A DNA stretch of 64,000 nucleotides, taken from the NCBI RefSeq assembly GCF_001949145.1, contig NW_019091362.1, positions 62,001 through 126,000 on the forward strand, in the 5' to 3' direction. Below are positions 40,100 through 53,311 of the stretch, piece after piece (within the stretch, counting starts at the first letter, position 1; the number at the start of each line of letters is the position of its first letter). The notes under the pieces are model-generated. The model made no database searches. It was not told the DNA's origin and was given only the letters and a program-made list of their open reading frames with translations. The position numbers and the translations under genes were made by a program. This stretch comes from Acanthaster planci. Its lineage: Eukaryota.

Positions 40100-41030
40100 A
40101 GCTTGGGAACAGCTGAATGTTCTTGTTAACATATCAGTAAAAGTTGCACTTACCATTTTGGAGGCTGTCTTGTAGACACAGTTCTGCCTGACAATCACGG
40201 CTTTACAAGCGTCAACTTGTTTCACAGTGACATTGTTGAATTGACACGTTCTCATATACATATACATGTAGATTGAATAACTGACATTAAGGATCCATGT
40301 AGCAAGCCATTTGGCATTGTCTACAGCTTGTGAGGGTGAGTTTCTTGTGGGAATATTTTCCTTGAAGGTGTAGCGAAGAAGACAGTACGGTAGGGTTGGG
40401 TGTGATTTAAAAGCAGATTGTGAAAGTTCATCACAGCAGAGCATTGTGAATGTAGGGGTTTCTGCGCATACTTCCACCATACAATGATGCGTTTGAGTGT
40501 GGAGCAAAAACGCTTTATCACAGTGCCATCAAAAAGTGCCGTGGATAGATGAGTAAATCACCTATTTTAACCCTAACCCTCCTCAATCCTTCACCTGTTG
40601 GAGGACTGAGGAGTGTTAGGGTTAACAGCATTCTCATTCCAGTTGATATCCTCTGGCTTTTGTTTCTTGGTGCACACAACTTCATCAATCTCTCCGTACG
40701 AGCAAAGCCTGGTCACTTGTCCGAGGGTAGAAGGAAATCTTCTCTGTTCCTCAGATGAAGTCTTTCTCTTGTAATATTTGTTAGGAATGGAATGGCCAAC
40801 TGCACATTGAATTGCCATTTTACTAATGTCCTCTTACTCCTGTGACTATATTGTAGCATGAGATTCCTGTATTATCTCTCGTAAATCCTTATGGTCAAGG
40901 AAGTAAAATGGCATCACTGAGAAGAATTTGTACCACAGAGGGCAAGAAACACTCTTGCCCCCATGTAGATGTTATGGTGTTCCTTTGGTGAATTAATTGA
41001 TGCAGCTTCTCTCTGGGAAATTTATCCAGA
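40100..41030 (-). mobile_element. Heavily decayed Gypsy-like LTR retrotransposon pol remnant
   Basis: Minus-strand fragments TKKQKPEDINWNEN (RT connection-like) and IKRFCSTLKRII (integrase ERF..TLK-like), with many stops and frameshifts. Confidence 0.3.
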
Positions 41031-42554
41031 TGGGTACGTGGACCGGTACCTACCGGTACTGTCATGGTGTGCGTTATCCAGTGTTGTGCTTGGGACAAAA
41101 TGCACCAATTAGTTGTGCAGAATTCATTGGATTGTATCGTCAGACTTCAGTTGCACTGATGATGCAAGGAGCCATGTTGCCTAGGCAACCATTACATGTG
41201 AAAGTGGTAATCACTGGTCTAAAAGTTGGTAGGATGTTTGTGCAATGTGTCAGAGTTCTGATTACTCTGTGAAGACCTATGCATTTCTCTGTTTAAAGTT
41301 AAGTATTTCTGAATAATTTTTTTAACTTTTGAAATAAATAAGAATGATAATTTATTCATTTACCGGTATATTGTTTGTGTACCTGTACATGTATGGTAAT
41401 GCTGCACAGACCCAAATGTGCATATTTTGATTTTACACTCGTGGCCTGCTTGATCAATATTTTGACCTTTAATTTTGGGCATTAGGAAAGCGTGTACATG
41501 TATGGAAATTTCTTTCTAGACTTGTGATGTCAAATGTACATTGTACATGTACATCTGGACAGAATATCTAGCGGCCTGTTTTTGTGAGAGACCTCAATCC
41601 TCATGCATACATGTACTTACCCACAAGATTATCAGTAAAATCCAAAAATTTGCATTGTCTTTAATCCATCCAATTTAGCTTGTCACATTTTACTCAAATG
41701 TAAGAATTTCCTCTCAAATTAGGAACAAAACAGTGAGGTGGTTGTTCAGCAGTTCCTGTAATGGCTGCCGTATATATACCTCAGAGGATTTGAGCAAGTA
41801 GACAGTGAGTCTACTCCAGTGTGCCAAGCATCGCTGCTTTCTGTTATCTGGGGACGTCAGCCCAATATGTGAATGCTAAACAGACATAACACTTCTTCAT
41901 TTATGGATCGACAGAGTTGGGCCAGGAGATTCGTTCTTTCAAGTCTTGTTAAACCTGACCTGATGGAAATGTGAGTGGAGCAATAAGGGAATTTCAGGGA
42001 ACACTCTGAATATTTTGTGAGGTGGTTCCAAGTGCCCGTAGGGAAAATCTTCACTTTTTTGTCATTGAGCATAGATGGATTGACTAAGATCTGAACAGTG
42101 AATACTGGATTTAAGGGAAGATAATGACTATGGCAGTTTTGGGATGAAGTCACTTGTAATTTTTCTTGAGTATCTTCAAATTTTGAACCAAATGAACCAA
42201 TCAAACTGAGCTCAAGAATGTACAGTGCAAACATACCCTAAAATTATTTGCCTGTAACCCTTATTAGAAACAGGATTTTCAAGGTTGCGGTGCAGTGCCA
42301 AGACAAATATTCCGGCAGAATTACTTGTGAGCAGATTCCAATGTAGGCAGTTTTTTTTTAGAAACCAGTGTTTAATTGCACAATGCAGCCACATCTAAGC
42401 AAATTCAATACTTGTGTGAATATGCGCATATTGTATCTTAACTTCAAAACTTTGGATAAAGGGAGACACAGTTGGGTCCTGCAACCTTTTAAAATACTTG
42501 TGCAAAGAAATCGATCAGCATGGAAACTGAAACACTGACTTACCGGTACACGTT

Positions 42555-43031
42555 TAGTCTTCCCCCAAGACTGGTTTGACTGTTGGCCAGTGCACCGTGC
42601 AGGTGACACATACTGGTGGGCACAGCTGAATAGTAGTGTCAGTAGAGGGTGCTATATTCACAAGAGACAACTTGCCAGAGAACCAGTCTTGTAAAATCTC
42701 GCAGGCTTACCAGAAAAATTCTGAGCATACCTCATGCACTCAAGTTACCATGAATGATTGCACGTTTGCACTGCTGAAAACCACGCGCCATGCAGACTAC
42801 AGTTTTTGGCAGTGTGCACACATAATCATTCATTTTAACTTTAGCGCATGAGGTGTGCTCAACATTTTCTGAGTAAACCTGCCAGATGGTTTTCTGGCAA
42901 TTCATCTCTGGCAATTCATCTCATCATCAAATAGCACCTTCTATTGGTACTTCTATTCGGCTGTGCTGGCCAGCACACGTCTCCTTCATGGTGCACCGGC
43001 CAAACAGTGAACCAGTCTTAGGGCAAGACTA
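42555..43031. mobile_element. 477-bp near-fully palindromic MITE with TAG...CTA termini
   Basis: Left TAGTCTTCCCCCAAGACTGGTTTGACTGTTGGCCAGTGCACC versus right GGTGCACCGGCCAAACAGTGAACCAGTCTTAGGGCAAGACTA. Complementarity continues inward (e.g. TGAGCATACCTCATGC / GCATGAGGTGTGCTCA). Confidence 0.85.
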
Positions 43032-43081
43032 CTACATGTTCAACTAACTGACCCGACTGTCTTCTGCAGTACCCGCTGCTC

Positions 43082-43245
43082 ATTGACTCAAACTAGTCAG
43101 ACTACCCTGAGTGGTAATCGCAGAGGGTCATGGGTTGGAGACCCTGCCAAATAAGCTTGCAAATTTTATCACAACCCAGTAGACCACACTGAGTATATTC
43201 CGGTTATAATGTTACCAATATGAACAGCAAATTCCCAAATATAAA
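43082..43245 (+). repeat. tRNA-derived repeat, copy 3 (degenerate)
   Basis: ATTGACTCAAAC leader, GGTCATGGGTTGGAGACCC (decayed B box), AAGCTTG...CACAA...ACACTGAGTATA body. Confidence 0.5.
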
Positions 43246-45075
43246 ATCAACCTGACTATCATGTGTCAGGGCACATATATGGTCTGACAAATAATAAATT
43301 CCCTTCTTGGCACACTTGGCAATCTCCTTGCAACTAAGAGGACCCTTGGTACTTCATTGTCCCCGGACTTCCTTGATAGGAAAGACCAAATTGGCAAATA
43401 GGGGTTAGGAGATGGTTGTCATGGGGGATGACCAGTATATATGTATCCCAGATCCCATCTTGATGCTGTTCCCCTCAGCCTCCTTGGAAAGCACTGGAGG
43501 ACCATGGAAAATGAAATTTCAAAGATGAGGAAGATATTAAAGACAGGTTACCGTATCTGGCCAACTGCCATATACCAAGAGGGGGGTACCGGTACCAGTT
43601 ACCTCTTGATAGTAGGATACCAAGAGAGTAGGTAAGGATGGATTGCTTTGGTGACTGCATCATGTTGAAGACAAACTCTCAGATTGTGACGGTGTTGGTT
43701 GCTTGGTTTTGTTCTGGCCTCTTTGGGAAAATCTAGCCTTTATCAGACCTGCAATGTCATGCAGTAAGGCACAATGTCCACATGTAAAACTGCTGTCACT
43801 TTGTACCATGAAATACCGGTAATGCTGGGAAAGGGAGATGTGTTGTTCAGAGTATGTTATGACCAGTGACAGATCTAAGTTCACTACAATTCAAGAAAAA
43901 ATGTTGCCAGACGGAGGGAGGTGGGAGGAAGGCTGGTGGAGAACCACTTTGGGAGAGGTGCAGACCACTCATAAGCAGTGAACTGATAAACCATTAACTG
44001 TGTAAAGGGGTCAATTTCAAGATATTTTTCAAGCAATTTGGTTAGTGCTGTAAGTGCCAAGGTTCGGTTTGGCTGCAGCACTAAATTTGGTGATATTTTT
44101 TGTATTGTCCCGTGTAGGCATGCCACGGACAATTGCGTGCTTTTTGTATCGACTCCGTATCAGTCGTATTCAACAACTGTCATGTGCTCTCCCATAATGC
44201 ACCTGTGGGTTTTCAATTAGACAGTGTACCCTAAATGGTGTGCTGGATACTTCATCTTTCGTCTTTTTTCATTTATATGTAGTTCACTTTTTTCTTTTTC
44301 TTTTTTACCATTGCCAAGCATACATGTACATCTATGTGAAGATGCAATTGTGTACTTTTATAAAACAAACTTGAATGTGAGGAAATTGTTTTTCCAAAGA
44401 TGTGATCTTTTAATGCTCTGTACTTGACTATTCTACCGGTCTATTCCTTACATCACTGACCAGTGTACGACAAGTAATCCCAGCCCCCCCAAAAAAAATT
44501 TCCCATCTCTTTCATCCCTCATTCCCATAATTTCCTCCTTCCCTCATCCCCAACTCCATCCAATGATGCAGTCACAAAGCAGAAGGCATAAGATAAGAAC
44601 CCACAGCCTGCTAAGTGGAGCAGCCAGTGGCAGTCTTGTCCAATCCCAGTACAGATCTGATTGATCAGGAAATTTGCCCCGTACAAATCCTCCTGCTGCA
44701 TGCGTGCATACATCGGCACGGCACCCTTACACACTGGCTGTGTCAATAGGAAACAGCAGGCTTCTCTGTTTAATAGTGATCGTGAGAACCAGTCCCTCGA
44801 CTATAGGCCAAGCTGGTTACACACTGGACGTTGGTTGGATTGGTGGGCTGGCACTGAACACGTTCACTGTACACAAAGAGAAATCATCTGTTGGAATCAT
44901 ACAGCCTTGGTAGGTCGTCGATTAATGGGCATTTCTGAGTGATGCGCTGGTCTGTTTCTGAGTGATGAGCTGGTCTGGATGGTTGCACAATGTAGCTATG
45001 ATTCAGATACAGGATTATTGAACAGCCTCCAACGAATTCAAATGCACAGTGCCTAGTCACAAACACTCAGTGAAA

Positions 45076-45094
45076 ATGGCCTTGGAAAAATTAG
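45076..45094 (+). CDS. Candidate alternative first coding exon MALEKL(G)
   Basis: GAAAATGG strong Kozak context, then ATG GCC TTG GAA AAA TTA G|GTAAGT (perfect donor). Preceded by about 500 bp of GC-richer sequence. Phase 1 matches the only open frame of exon 63851. Confidence 0.45.
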
Positions 45095-46458
45095 GTAAGT
45101 AGAGGATTTGGACACTTTTTGTCAGTGAAGATTAACAAGGATGATGTAATTTTGAGTGTGTCAGACTTTGTTCAAGGACAACACCTGATCACAATATCAA
45201 TGGTTCAATGTTGTCAATGCTGCTTTTTTGGGGGGGGCTTACACTTCTGCATCTTTAGTTGATGTGAGTTGATGAAATCACAAATGAAAGGCAACTGGGA
45301 TGATTTGGTTGTTTACAAGATCAGACAGGAAGAGCAAGGAAGAAATTGTAGTTTTGTTGTCTGTAGACATGTACTGTAGAGGTAGCATTAGTAGGTATGA
45401 CTCGTCTTGTACCATGCTTGGCATTGATAATAAGTTTAGATGTATGTAGGTGTTTGCAAGTGTAAGAGGTTCATCTGTAGAATTATCAGCAGTTGTATGA
45501 CAGTGTTCTTAAACTGACCAGTAAGACTAGTAAAAAGAAAAGACCCATTTTCCTTTTAGTTTTTCATTAAAAACCTGTGAATTTGCAGTTCCAGTATTTC
45601 ACTTGTCTTGCTGTCAATAAAACAATGGTCAGTTGCACAAGATGAGAACTTCATCACTTCGCCTTTAGGTTTATAGCAATGTACAAAATTTATGGATGAT
45701 GGGTTCTCCCCTGCCCATCTATCACCAGGCAGTCCGACTTGTCTAATCAGTCTGTTGCTTGTTTAGAAACAAAAAAATGACTTGTACAAGCAGTTTCATT
45801 TACACTGTGTTTGCCTTGTTTGCTTAGTGCACTTTGGTCTAAGATGAAGACACATGTACATGTAATTGGGTTGTTTTGTATGCTTCATTTGCATATGTAA
45901 GCAAATAGTCGCTAGTGGTAAACACAGACCAGTACATGTACATTATTAACACAGCCTAGTGGTGCACAGGATAATAATAAACATCAATTCTATGAAGCAA
46001 AACTGTAGGCCTACACCTGTGCGGGGGTCGCGTTGAAGAGTTACAGGCATAGCTGCTTGAGATCAGTAGCATTCAGGCAAGTCCATCGCCATGGAAACCA
46101 CAGCATAATCTAGGAAGTAGCATTTGGACCAGCCAGTCCACTGTTAAATGCACAGCTGGGTGGGAAGAATAATTTGTCACGTCTGAAGAAGAATATGTGT
46201 AATTTTTTTTTATTTATATAAACATCAAATTTTTGCGGTAAAAGACCATATTGTAATTTGATTTATAGATAAACATTACCACACATACAAAATATTTTTA
46301 AAAAGACAGCAGAATTATTAATTAGAAAGATACATGTACATAGATACAAAAATTATGTTAAACAAATAAAACACAGTTATATAAATGAAATACTCATTTC
46401 CCCGTGTTGCTTACAATTAGGTATTCATACATGTATTTTACAGTTTGGTGCGAAATAG

Positions 46459-47561
46459 TACTACAAAGCAGCAGAAGATAGGAAAAATACAGCTTTGAAA
46501 AATATTGAAGAATAAACCAAAATCTGAAACAGTTATATGTACTGGTACATATATGATGCTGCATTTGTTATATTGAAGTATCATTGGTCACTGCTTTTTG
46601 TTATAGTGAAGCACAGTATCATGGGTCCAGGCCTCGACATTAACGGTTGTCCAGTTGCCCGGGACAAGCAATTTCTTCTTTCAAGCAAGTAAAAATAAAT
46701 AAAAGACAAATTGCCCGATGAACAGGTACTTTTTTCTCAAAATAAATGTGTCTGTTTTTCGTGGCCAAGAATAGCAGTCAGCCAATTTACCTTCGATCTG
46801 TTGTTTCCCTCCTCACAAAGCTTATAAAAAGTGGTAAAAAGTAAACAGTTACATGTGTAGTGATTTTTTGCGTTGTTACGTACATGTACGTGTACAAATT
46901 TGCACGCAATAAGCACGCTGTACATTTAGCAGGGCACCTTTCCACATAAGGGAAAATGCATACACAAATAAACTGTAAGATACCCTTATGTCTGGGTACC
47001 AACCCTCATTGGTTATTGCACACGCGGCACAGCAGAGCTTTGACGGCTGGAAGCTCGAAGACTGTTTTACGTGTGGCTGTGACTTAAACCTTAGTGAATT
47101 TTGCCTGGTACTTATGTGGGTACTTTTTGCATATATGACACCAGGCAAAATTGTCCAGTGGTTAAGAAATAGCCATTGCCAAAACTTGTATGAATGATGC
47201 ACACTCCCTGCGTAGACGGACGCAATAGTTGGGGGTGATGTATATTCATGTCGTATTGTGGCCAAGAAGGAACTTACTGTCCCGGGAAGCAATGAGCAAC
47301 TAAACCAGGGTTTGGGCAAGTAAAACCTTACCTCGGGCACATAAAGTTTCAGTGCTACTTGCCCAATGACAACCAAATGTACTTTAAAAAAGTAATGTTG
47401 AGGCCTGCATGGGTCACTGCTTTTTGTTATATTGCAGTGTCATTGGTCACTGCTTTTATGGGACCATGGAAACATACATGTTCATGTAACTGTTTCAGAT
47501 TTTGGTTTGTTCTGCAATATTTATCAAAGCTTGTATTATTCTTTTCTGCCGCTTTGCAGTA
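46459..47561. mobile_element. Foldback/MITE with ~80-bp inverted arms and internal ~33-bp tandem units, split by a hAT insertion
   Basis: 46459-46539 is the reverse complement of 47483-47561 (e.g. AAACCAAAATCTGAAACAGTTA). GGTCACTGCTTTTTGTTATA units occur on both sides of the hAT. Confidence 0.75.
46628..47407. mobile_element. 780-bp non-autonomous hAT transposon
   Basis: TIRs CAGGCCTCGACATTA / TAATGTTGAGGCCTG (14/15). Perfect 8-bp TSD CATGGGTC (46620-46627, 47408-47415). Subterminal TTGCCC/GGGCAAG motifs. Confidence 0.92.
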
Positions 47562-48199
47562 AGCCTGTAGTATTACTTCAACATAGTACATGTACAATGT
47601 ATGTTTCATTTGCAACCTACACACACACAGCTTGTATACATGCATACACATCTTTATGTACACAGTGACTGAACAAAATTATCTAATCCTGAAAGTCAGG
47701 GAAGTCATACAGTCACTTGGGCAATGTTTTAAGGCCGTGCTACATGTATTCGATTTGGAAATAAAAGGCCCGCAGTACAACATTTTATTTACATGTTACA
47801 TCAAATCCAGTCCAACAAAGCAAAGCTAACATATCTAATTTTTATTTTTTTCTCACGATGTATTACATTTGTAAACAAATAATCCGAATAGAGGGTTAAC
47901 TAAAATAAAGCTCTCTTTAATTAAGCCCAAATCCTAAACAGTCACAACTCACTCTGTCACAAGCAGCTAATAAAAGGATTTCAAAATCTCCACGATTTGA
48001 TTTTTATGAGAGTAGATACTTTAGCTCAGCAGGGTATCCATAACCCAGTACCAGCCGGGATGAAATGGCGATGGGGATACGGTATGTCAACACGAGTGGA
48101 GAGATTCAGGAAGTATAAGAGGAAGATGAGTCAATGAGAGAGCATTCTAATCAATGCTCTGCATCGTCGTCACCCTCCTCGTCATTCAGGACATTATAA

Positions 48200-50400
48200 A
48201 AAAAAGAGAGCATCTGCAAATCTCTGCATCTCTTCCTTAATGCATCCCGTGACTTCTGGCTCTGGCAGGAGTCATGCCAATTACTTAGTAAATCTGAGCA
48301 TTTTGGCATTTGGCAAATGGAATTCCTCAGGATTGAGGTTTGATTTTATTGGCTGTAATGCGATCAGTTCAGATATCGGCATGACTTTTTTCCCCTATGG
48401 AAGCTTGCATAGCGCTGTGAAGACATTACATTGCAGGGTGAAATGAACATTCAATTGATGAAGTACTCGCAATTGTGGCTTACCACTTGGAAATATATGA
48501 CAGTTTAGAAGCAATCATTTCCAGGTACCGGTAATGCATATCATCTGTGATTCTCTGTCTGCAAACATCTGAGCTATTTTTTGTCCCCTTCGAATTACTA
48601 TTTCAAAGGTCTGAAAATACTCTAAATTGCTTTGTATCATTTCCTCAGATGTTGTACTATTAGGGATTGTTTGTCCATTTCACACCGATTGCATCTTCAT
48701 AACAACATGTGAGAGTGTCTTGGCGAACTGTGCTTATGCTTTTGAAACACCTGGAAGTGATAAGTTTTCACATGTTTAAAAAGTTGCAGTCTGTTGTCAG
48801 CACACTGCCTTTACAGTTGCTGCATTTTGTTGTTGGTATTTTGGGTACTTGGGATATATTGGCATTTATCGGGGTCAAAGGAGAGAAAGGTTGAAAGAAG
48901 TACCCTGCATTATATAAAACTCTTCTTCAGGTTCAGTTCGTCTAAAATATTGGTTAAGTTTACTCAGGTGAATTTAAATTTTGATACTGCAAACAGATGT
49001 GATGAGTGAATGTACACATGTTGTACCTAAGACTTCTGATAGATGCGACACTTCACCTCTTGTTTGACCATTCAGGAGAGAAATCAAAACCATTTTTTTG
49101 CACAGAGGCAACCTGCCTGTGCTCATGTTGAAGTGTCTTTTAGACGACAAAGATATTAGAACATGAGCATGTGCAGATCACTGTTATGCTGTGCTACGTG
49201 TATACTTCGCTGTTCACTGCTATGCCGTTTGCTGCTATGTGACAATCAGTGGGAGTACACCAGTACGGACAGTATTAATTTTGACAGTGATATGGTTCAC
49301 GGTATTTTTGATGTGGAATAAATGCGAAGAAAGAAATCTTCTGTTTTGATTTTGAAACAGTCATACCAGTGGCTATATCATTTAATTTTTAAACAGTCAT
49401 ACCAATGGCTATATCGTTTGATCTTGAAACAGTCATACCAGTGGCTATATCGTTTGATCTTGACTCAGTCATAAGCTTAAGGAGTTGTCTAGCTGAAATT
49501 GAATTTTTACTCCACTGTACAATACATGTGATTGTACCGGTATCTTTGGTTGAAAGTAATGCATTCTTCAATCCATTTGCCAAATAACAAAATATTTTAT
49601 CATGTACAAGTGTGTACGTTTTGTTAACCCAATGCCCCTAGGGTGTATGTAAAATCATATTGAAATCCGAGGATTTGGGATTCACATGTAAATACATGTA
49701 CTGCGGTGTATAGTTCAACAAGATTGTGAATGTAAAAGTCAAGTGCATGTAGTCATTTATTGATCAGCTTTAATTGTATTTCACATCTGTGTTGAACGAG
49801 GGGAGTTGTCAATGATCTTGTATTTCATTCTCCATTTCATAATTAATTGCACCCATTTATTTCGTTTTGAGGACTGTTTATTTGCCACCGGCTGTTTGTC
49901 TCAATGGTGTTATATTATGTATTAATGTTACTCCTGGCATGCAAACTCTCCACGCGAGTGAGTCCTTAGTATTCTGTAATGTGGCTTCAATGCTCCAGTT
50001 ATCAGTTCAGCTATCCTTGCGTGAAATCAGAGTGACTAACGACAGGGTGACGTGCCAAGAAAGATGTCTTTGAAATCAAAGCCGAGCTTTTTATTTCTGT
50101 AGGCACATTGTCCAGAATGGATGTGTACACACTGTCCAGACCGGTGCTGTTGTAAAGCGAGGCAAAAGCACCAAAATGTTGACTTTGTTGGATCTGTCTT
50201 AATGAAATTGTCGTCTTGCCTTAATCTTGCAGGTTTACAGTGTGGAAAATTGTTTACACAAGCTACAGCACAACTGATTGCTGTAATTTTCTGTCACATT
50301 AAATTTGTAAAGACTGTTTATTTTAGATTGTTGCGGAAGTGTTAGCATGAACAGTGCCCATTGAGCATTCCCATTTATCTTGCTTTGGCCAAACTGTATT
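48200..50400 (-). pseudogene. Decayed hAT transposase (ZMYM1/ZNF862-like); extent approximate
   Basis: Minus strand near 48520-48350 reads KLSYISKW*ATIASTSSIECSFHPAM*CLHSAMQASIGEK...LIAL, matching the hAT C-terminal dimerization motif (TS..ERSFS.M..L...R.SM..E). Multiple stops and frameshifts. Confidence 0.55.
49352..49473. repeat. 36-bp minisatellite, about 3.4 copies
   Basis: TTGAAACAGTCATACCAGTGGCTATATCGTTTGATC units start at 49352, 49388, 49424 and 49460 (partial). Confidence 0.92.
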
Positions 50401-53169
50401 TTACGATCTGTTTACTAGCTGGCTCCAAAGTGCTTCGACATTTTACCATATGCTTATAAATTCAATCAAAATCAACCTGTGAATGGTCTGAATGTTGCTT
50501 GAAAATAGCGTGTCTTATTTTAAATGTAGTGCATGTGTGTAGCTGTTTTGAGCTAAAAATGACCAAGCATGTCTGAAAATAAAAAATATTCTTCAGTTTT
50601 CAAATTTTCAACTCCAAAAGTTGCATACGTAGTCATCCTGTTCTTGTGGATCGCCCCTATTGTTACATGAACATATAGATGTACATATAAATGTGCATCA
50701 TTGGTAACCTCAATACCATTTGATAGAATTAAATGAAAGCATATTTTACATGTACATGTAATTCAAATATGTGTATAAACAACACTATCATTCCTGAAAT
50801 CAACTGTAGTTCACCGCGGTACATTTCTGACCTAATTTCAGCTCTCAAATGACCATATATGAACGTGGCTGGTCTCGGCATACCTGTGGGGAAATGTATA
50901 TTCCCTGTACGCAGACATACAGTATGTTGTCACAGTGATCATATTCGACACTCTGCAGAGCATATGTGTCACAGCATTTAGAAATGCCGCAGTCAAACCA
51001 CAGAGTGTACATCAGCTTCCTGATGTCATTTATTTTGTCATTCCTGGGATTTAGATGACATCCAGACTGCCGCAAGGGAGTTCTGTGTCTTCATATCACA
51101 CATGCACATACGCACAGTATGCCATGTGATTTCCTTTAAACCTACAACATTTGTTATTTTTCTTTTCCTTGGTTGTGATTTTTGTTATAAGTTCTAACTG
51201 GCTTTTCATAGTAACTCAGTTTTGTAAAGTTTGACTTATCTTCATTCATTCAATGGTAGGCCTCTAAAAAATGCTTCAGGTAAATTGGGCACTTGCAAGC
51301 CTAAAAAGTTTGAACAGGATTTAGGGCTTAGCATTCAGCCGAGAATAACAGAGTGGCTTCCCTGATGTTTTGGCTGCATTCTGCTTTGTCTCATCTTCAC
51401 TTTCATCTTCCTCTCTTCTTTGTCCCACAAGTATAAAGCACACATCTCACACTGTCTGCCTGATGAACACTGTCAATGTTATGATTTTGTCTGTCTGCTC
51501 CTGTGGAGGTTACTTCCTGGGACACAAAGAGTGAAGCCAGAGGCTGTGCAAACACTCTGCCTATGGGGTACATGGGATAATGTTATCACAGCCTGGTGTC
51601 ACACTGAGCCTACTGAGGCCCTGGTCCAACCCTTGTTGGTTGATTGTCACGCTTTCTATTTTTCCTTGGAGTACAAATCCCATGTCAGGGATTGATATGG
51701 AAGTTGGAAATGCATTGGATTTTGTCCAGGGTGGCTCAGAGTAAATTGAACAAGTACATGTAGCTGTGGGGTGTTTTTGCAAATGGATCGTTTGATCATT
51801 TGGGAAAATTGTTTGAGTTCTTCTGGCTCTTTGAACATTGCTATCAAGTGATTTATGTTCAGAATGGAAAAAACTGATGAAGGATATGCTGTTATGACAA
51901 ATATGATGATGATTAATAGTGGCGTGTTGATTGTAGAACTTAAGTTCTGTGAGATTTTATAATGATGGACTCTCTCCTTTTTATAGTGATTTCACAATAG
52001 CTTACTGAGAACATCATTTCAGTGTTTCAGTTCTGCATTCTTTGCAAAGTAATATCTGAAAGGCATGTTAAAAAGTTCAGTCATTATTTAGATACATGAT
52101 CTTGTAACTGTACATTCAGAATGAATATATTTCATAGTTTGTGACATAACAGGCTATCCAAATCCTGAGATGAAGCCTGACCAATAACCACAAGCCTGCC
52201 ATTGCAGTGCCTTAGTAAGCTATGTGTATGACCCTCAGTGGAAAGTGGGTCAGTCTCTGCTTGACTCAAGCTAGAATTGTCCAATAAAATAACGTCATAA
52301 CATCAATGACAAATTAATTTCACACGCTACACAAAGACAGCACCCTGTACACGTGCGCTAGTCCACAGCAGTACATGTCATGTGAAACTGGGAATGCTAT
52401 GTGTATTGTCATTAGTCACTCTCATCATTTGGTCCAATACATTCATTTTCATAATATGTACATGTGTATATTTTCGCTTTTCTGCCAAGGCTGTGAGTCT
52501 ATGACAGATGTGGGATTGGGAAAAAATGACAGAGTTATTGCAAAATGGATGTGTAAATTGGCTTTGCTGTGTGATCTTTAAGTTTGTGTTGCCAGGGGAT
52601 GTCACTGAAACCGGCATAGCCTTGTGTTGTCATAAAATATTCAGACTCTTTGAGCCCTTAGAGTGCACTCCTATCAATATGATGATAGATGATTCTTTAA
52701 TGAGGAATCATGATACATGCAATTAGCATAAAATAATCTTTCAATTGATTTGTTCCATAGTTCAAAATCAGAAAAAAAAAGTCACCCAGCCTGAATTGCC
52801 ATTGTATGTGCTTTTTTGATATTCTACAATATCTGTACAATTGTAATTAACAGGAAATTGAATGTCATGAAAATCAGAACAAGTCTCACGCACAAGTGAA
52901 TGCGTTGGTTGTATTGTAAAATTTAAGCATTCATCCCTGGGCACAGCATGGCCATATTTCCAAAAACCAAAGTGCCATTCCACAGCTAAATGGTATAGTT
53001 CCATTGCTTGCTCAGAAAAAAATGTCAGAATTGTAGATGGTACGATGCAAGGATATACTTAGGCTTGGGTTTACTTCCATGTTTCAGACTTCATTCAAGA
53101 TTCATTGCGGCCCTGTTGTGTAAAATACAAATAAATTAACATCTGCAAAAAAGAATTAAGGAAAGAGAA

Positions 53170-53311
53170 CATAAAGCAGTGACAAGAATATTTTCATTTA
53201 GTGACCAAATGGAAGGTTCAGTCCCCTCAAGGTGAAGTCAAATGGAATGGGTTGTCCATCTATCACTGAATGAAGCTTACTATTGCACTCATAAATGTTC
53301 ATTATTTGTAT
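53170..53311 (-). repeat. Second (inverted, partial) copy of the hairpin element at 34857
   Basis: Reverse complement ATACAAATAATGAACATTTATGAGTGCAA matches 34856 ATACAAATAATGAATGCTTATGAGTGCAA. Central CAAGGTGAAG loop motif shared. Confidence 0.7.

Noticed and set aside
43400..44130. DIRS/Ngaro tyrosine recombinase remnant on the minus strand
   Set aside because: Only faint resemblances (ITY...SLS; WSSSAF); catalytic residues could not be placed.
49352..49473. CRISPR-like array (36-bp repeats)
   Set aside because: Units are head-to-tail with no spacers, the context is eukaryotic and there are no cas genes.
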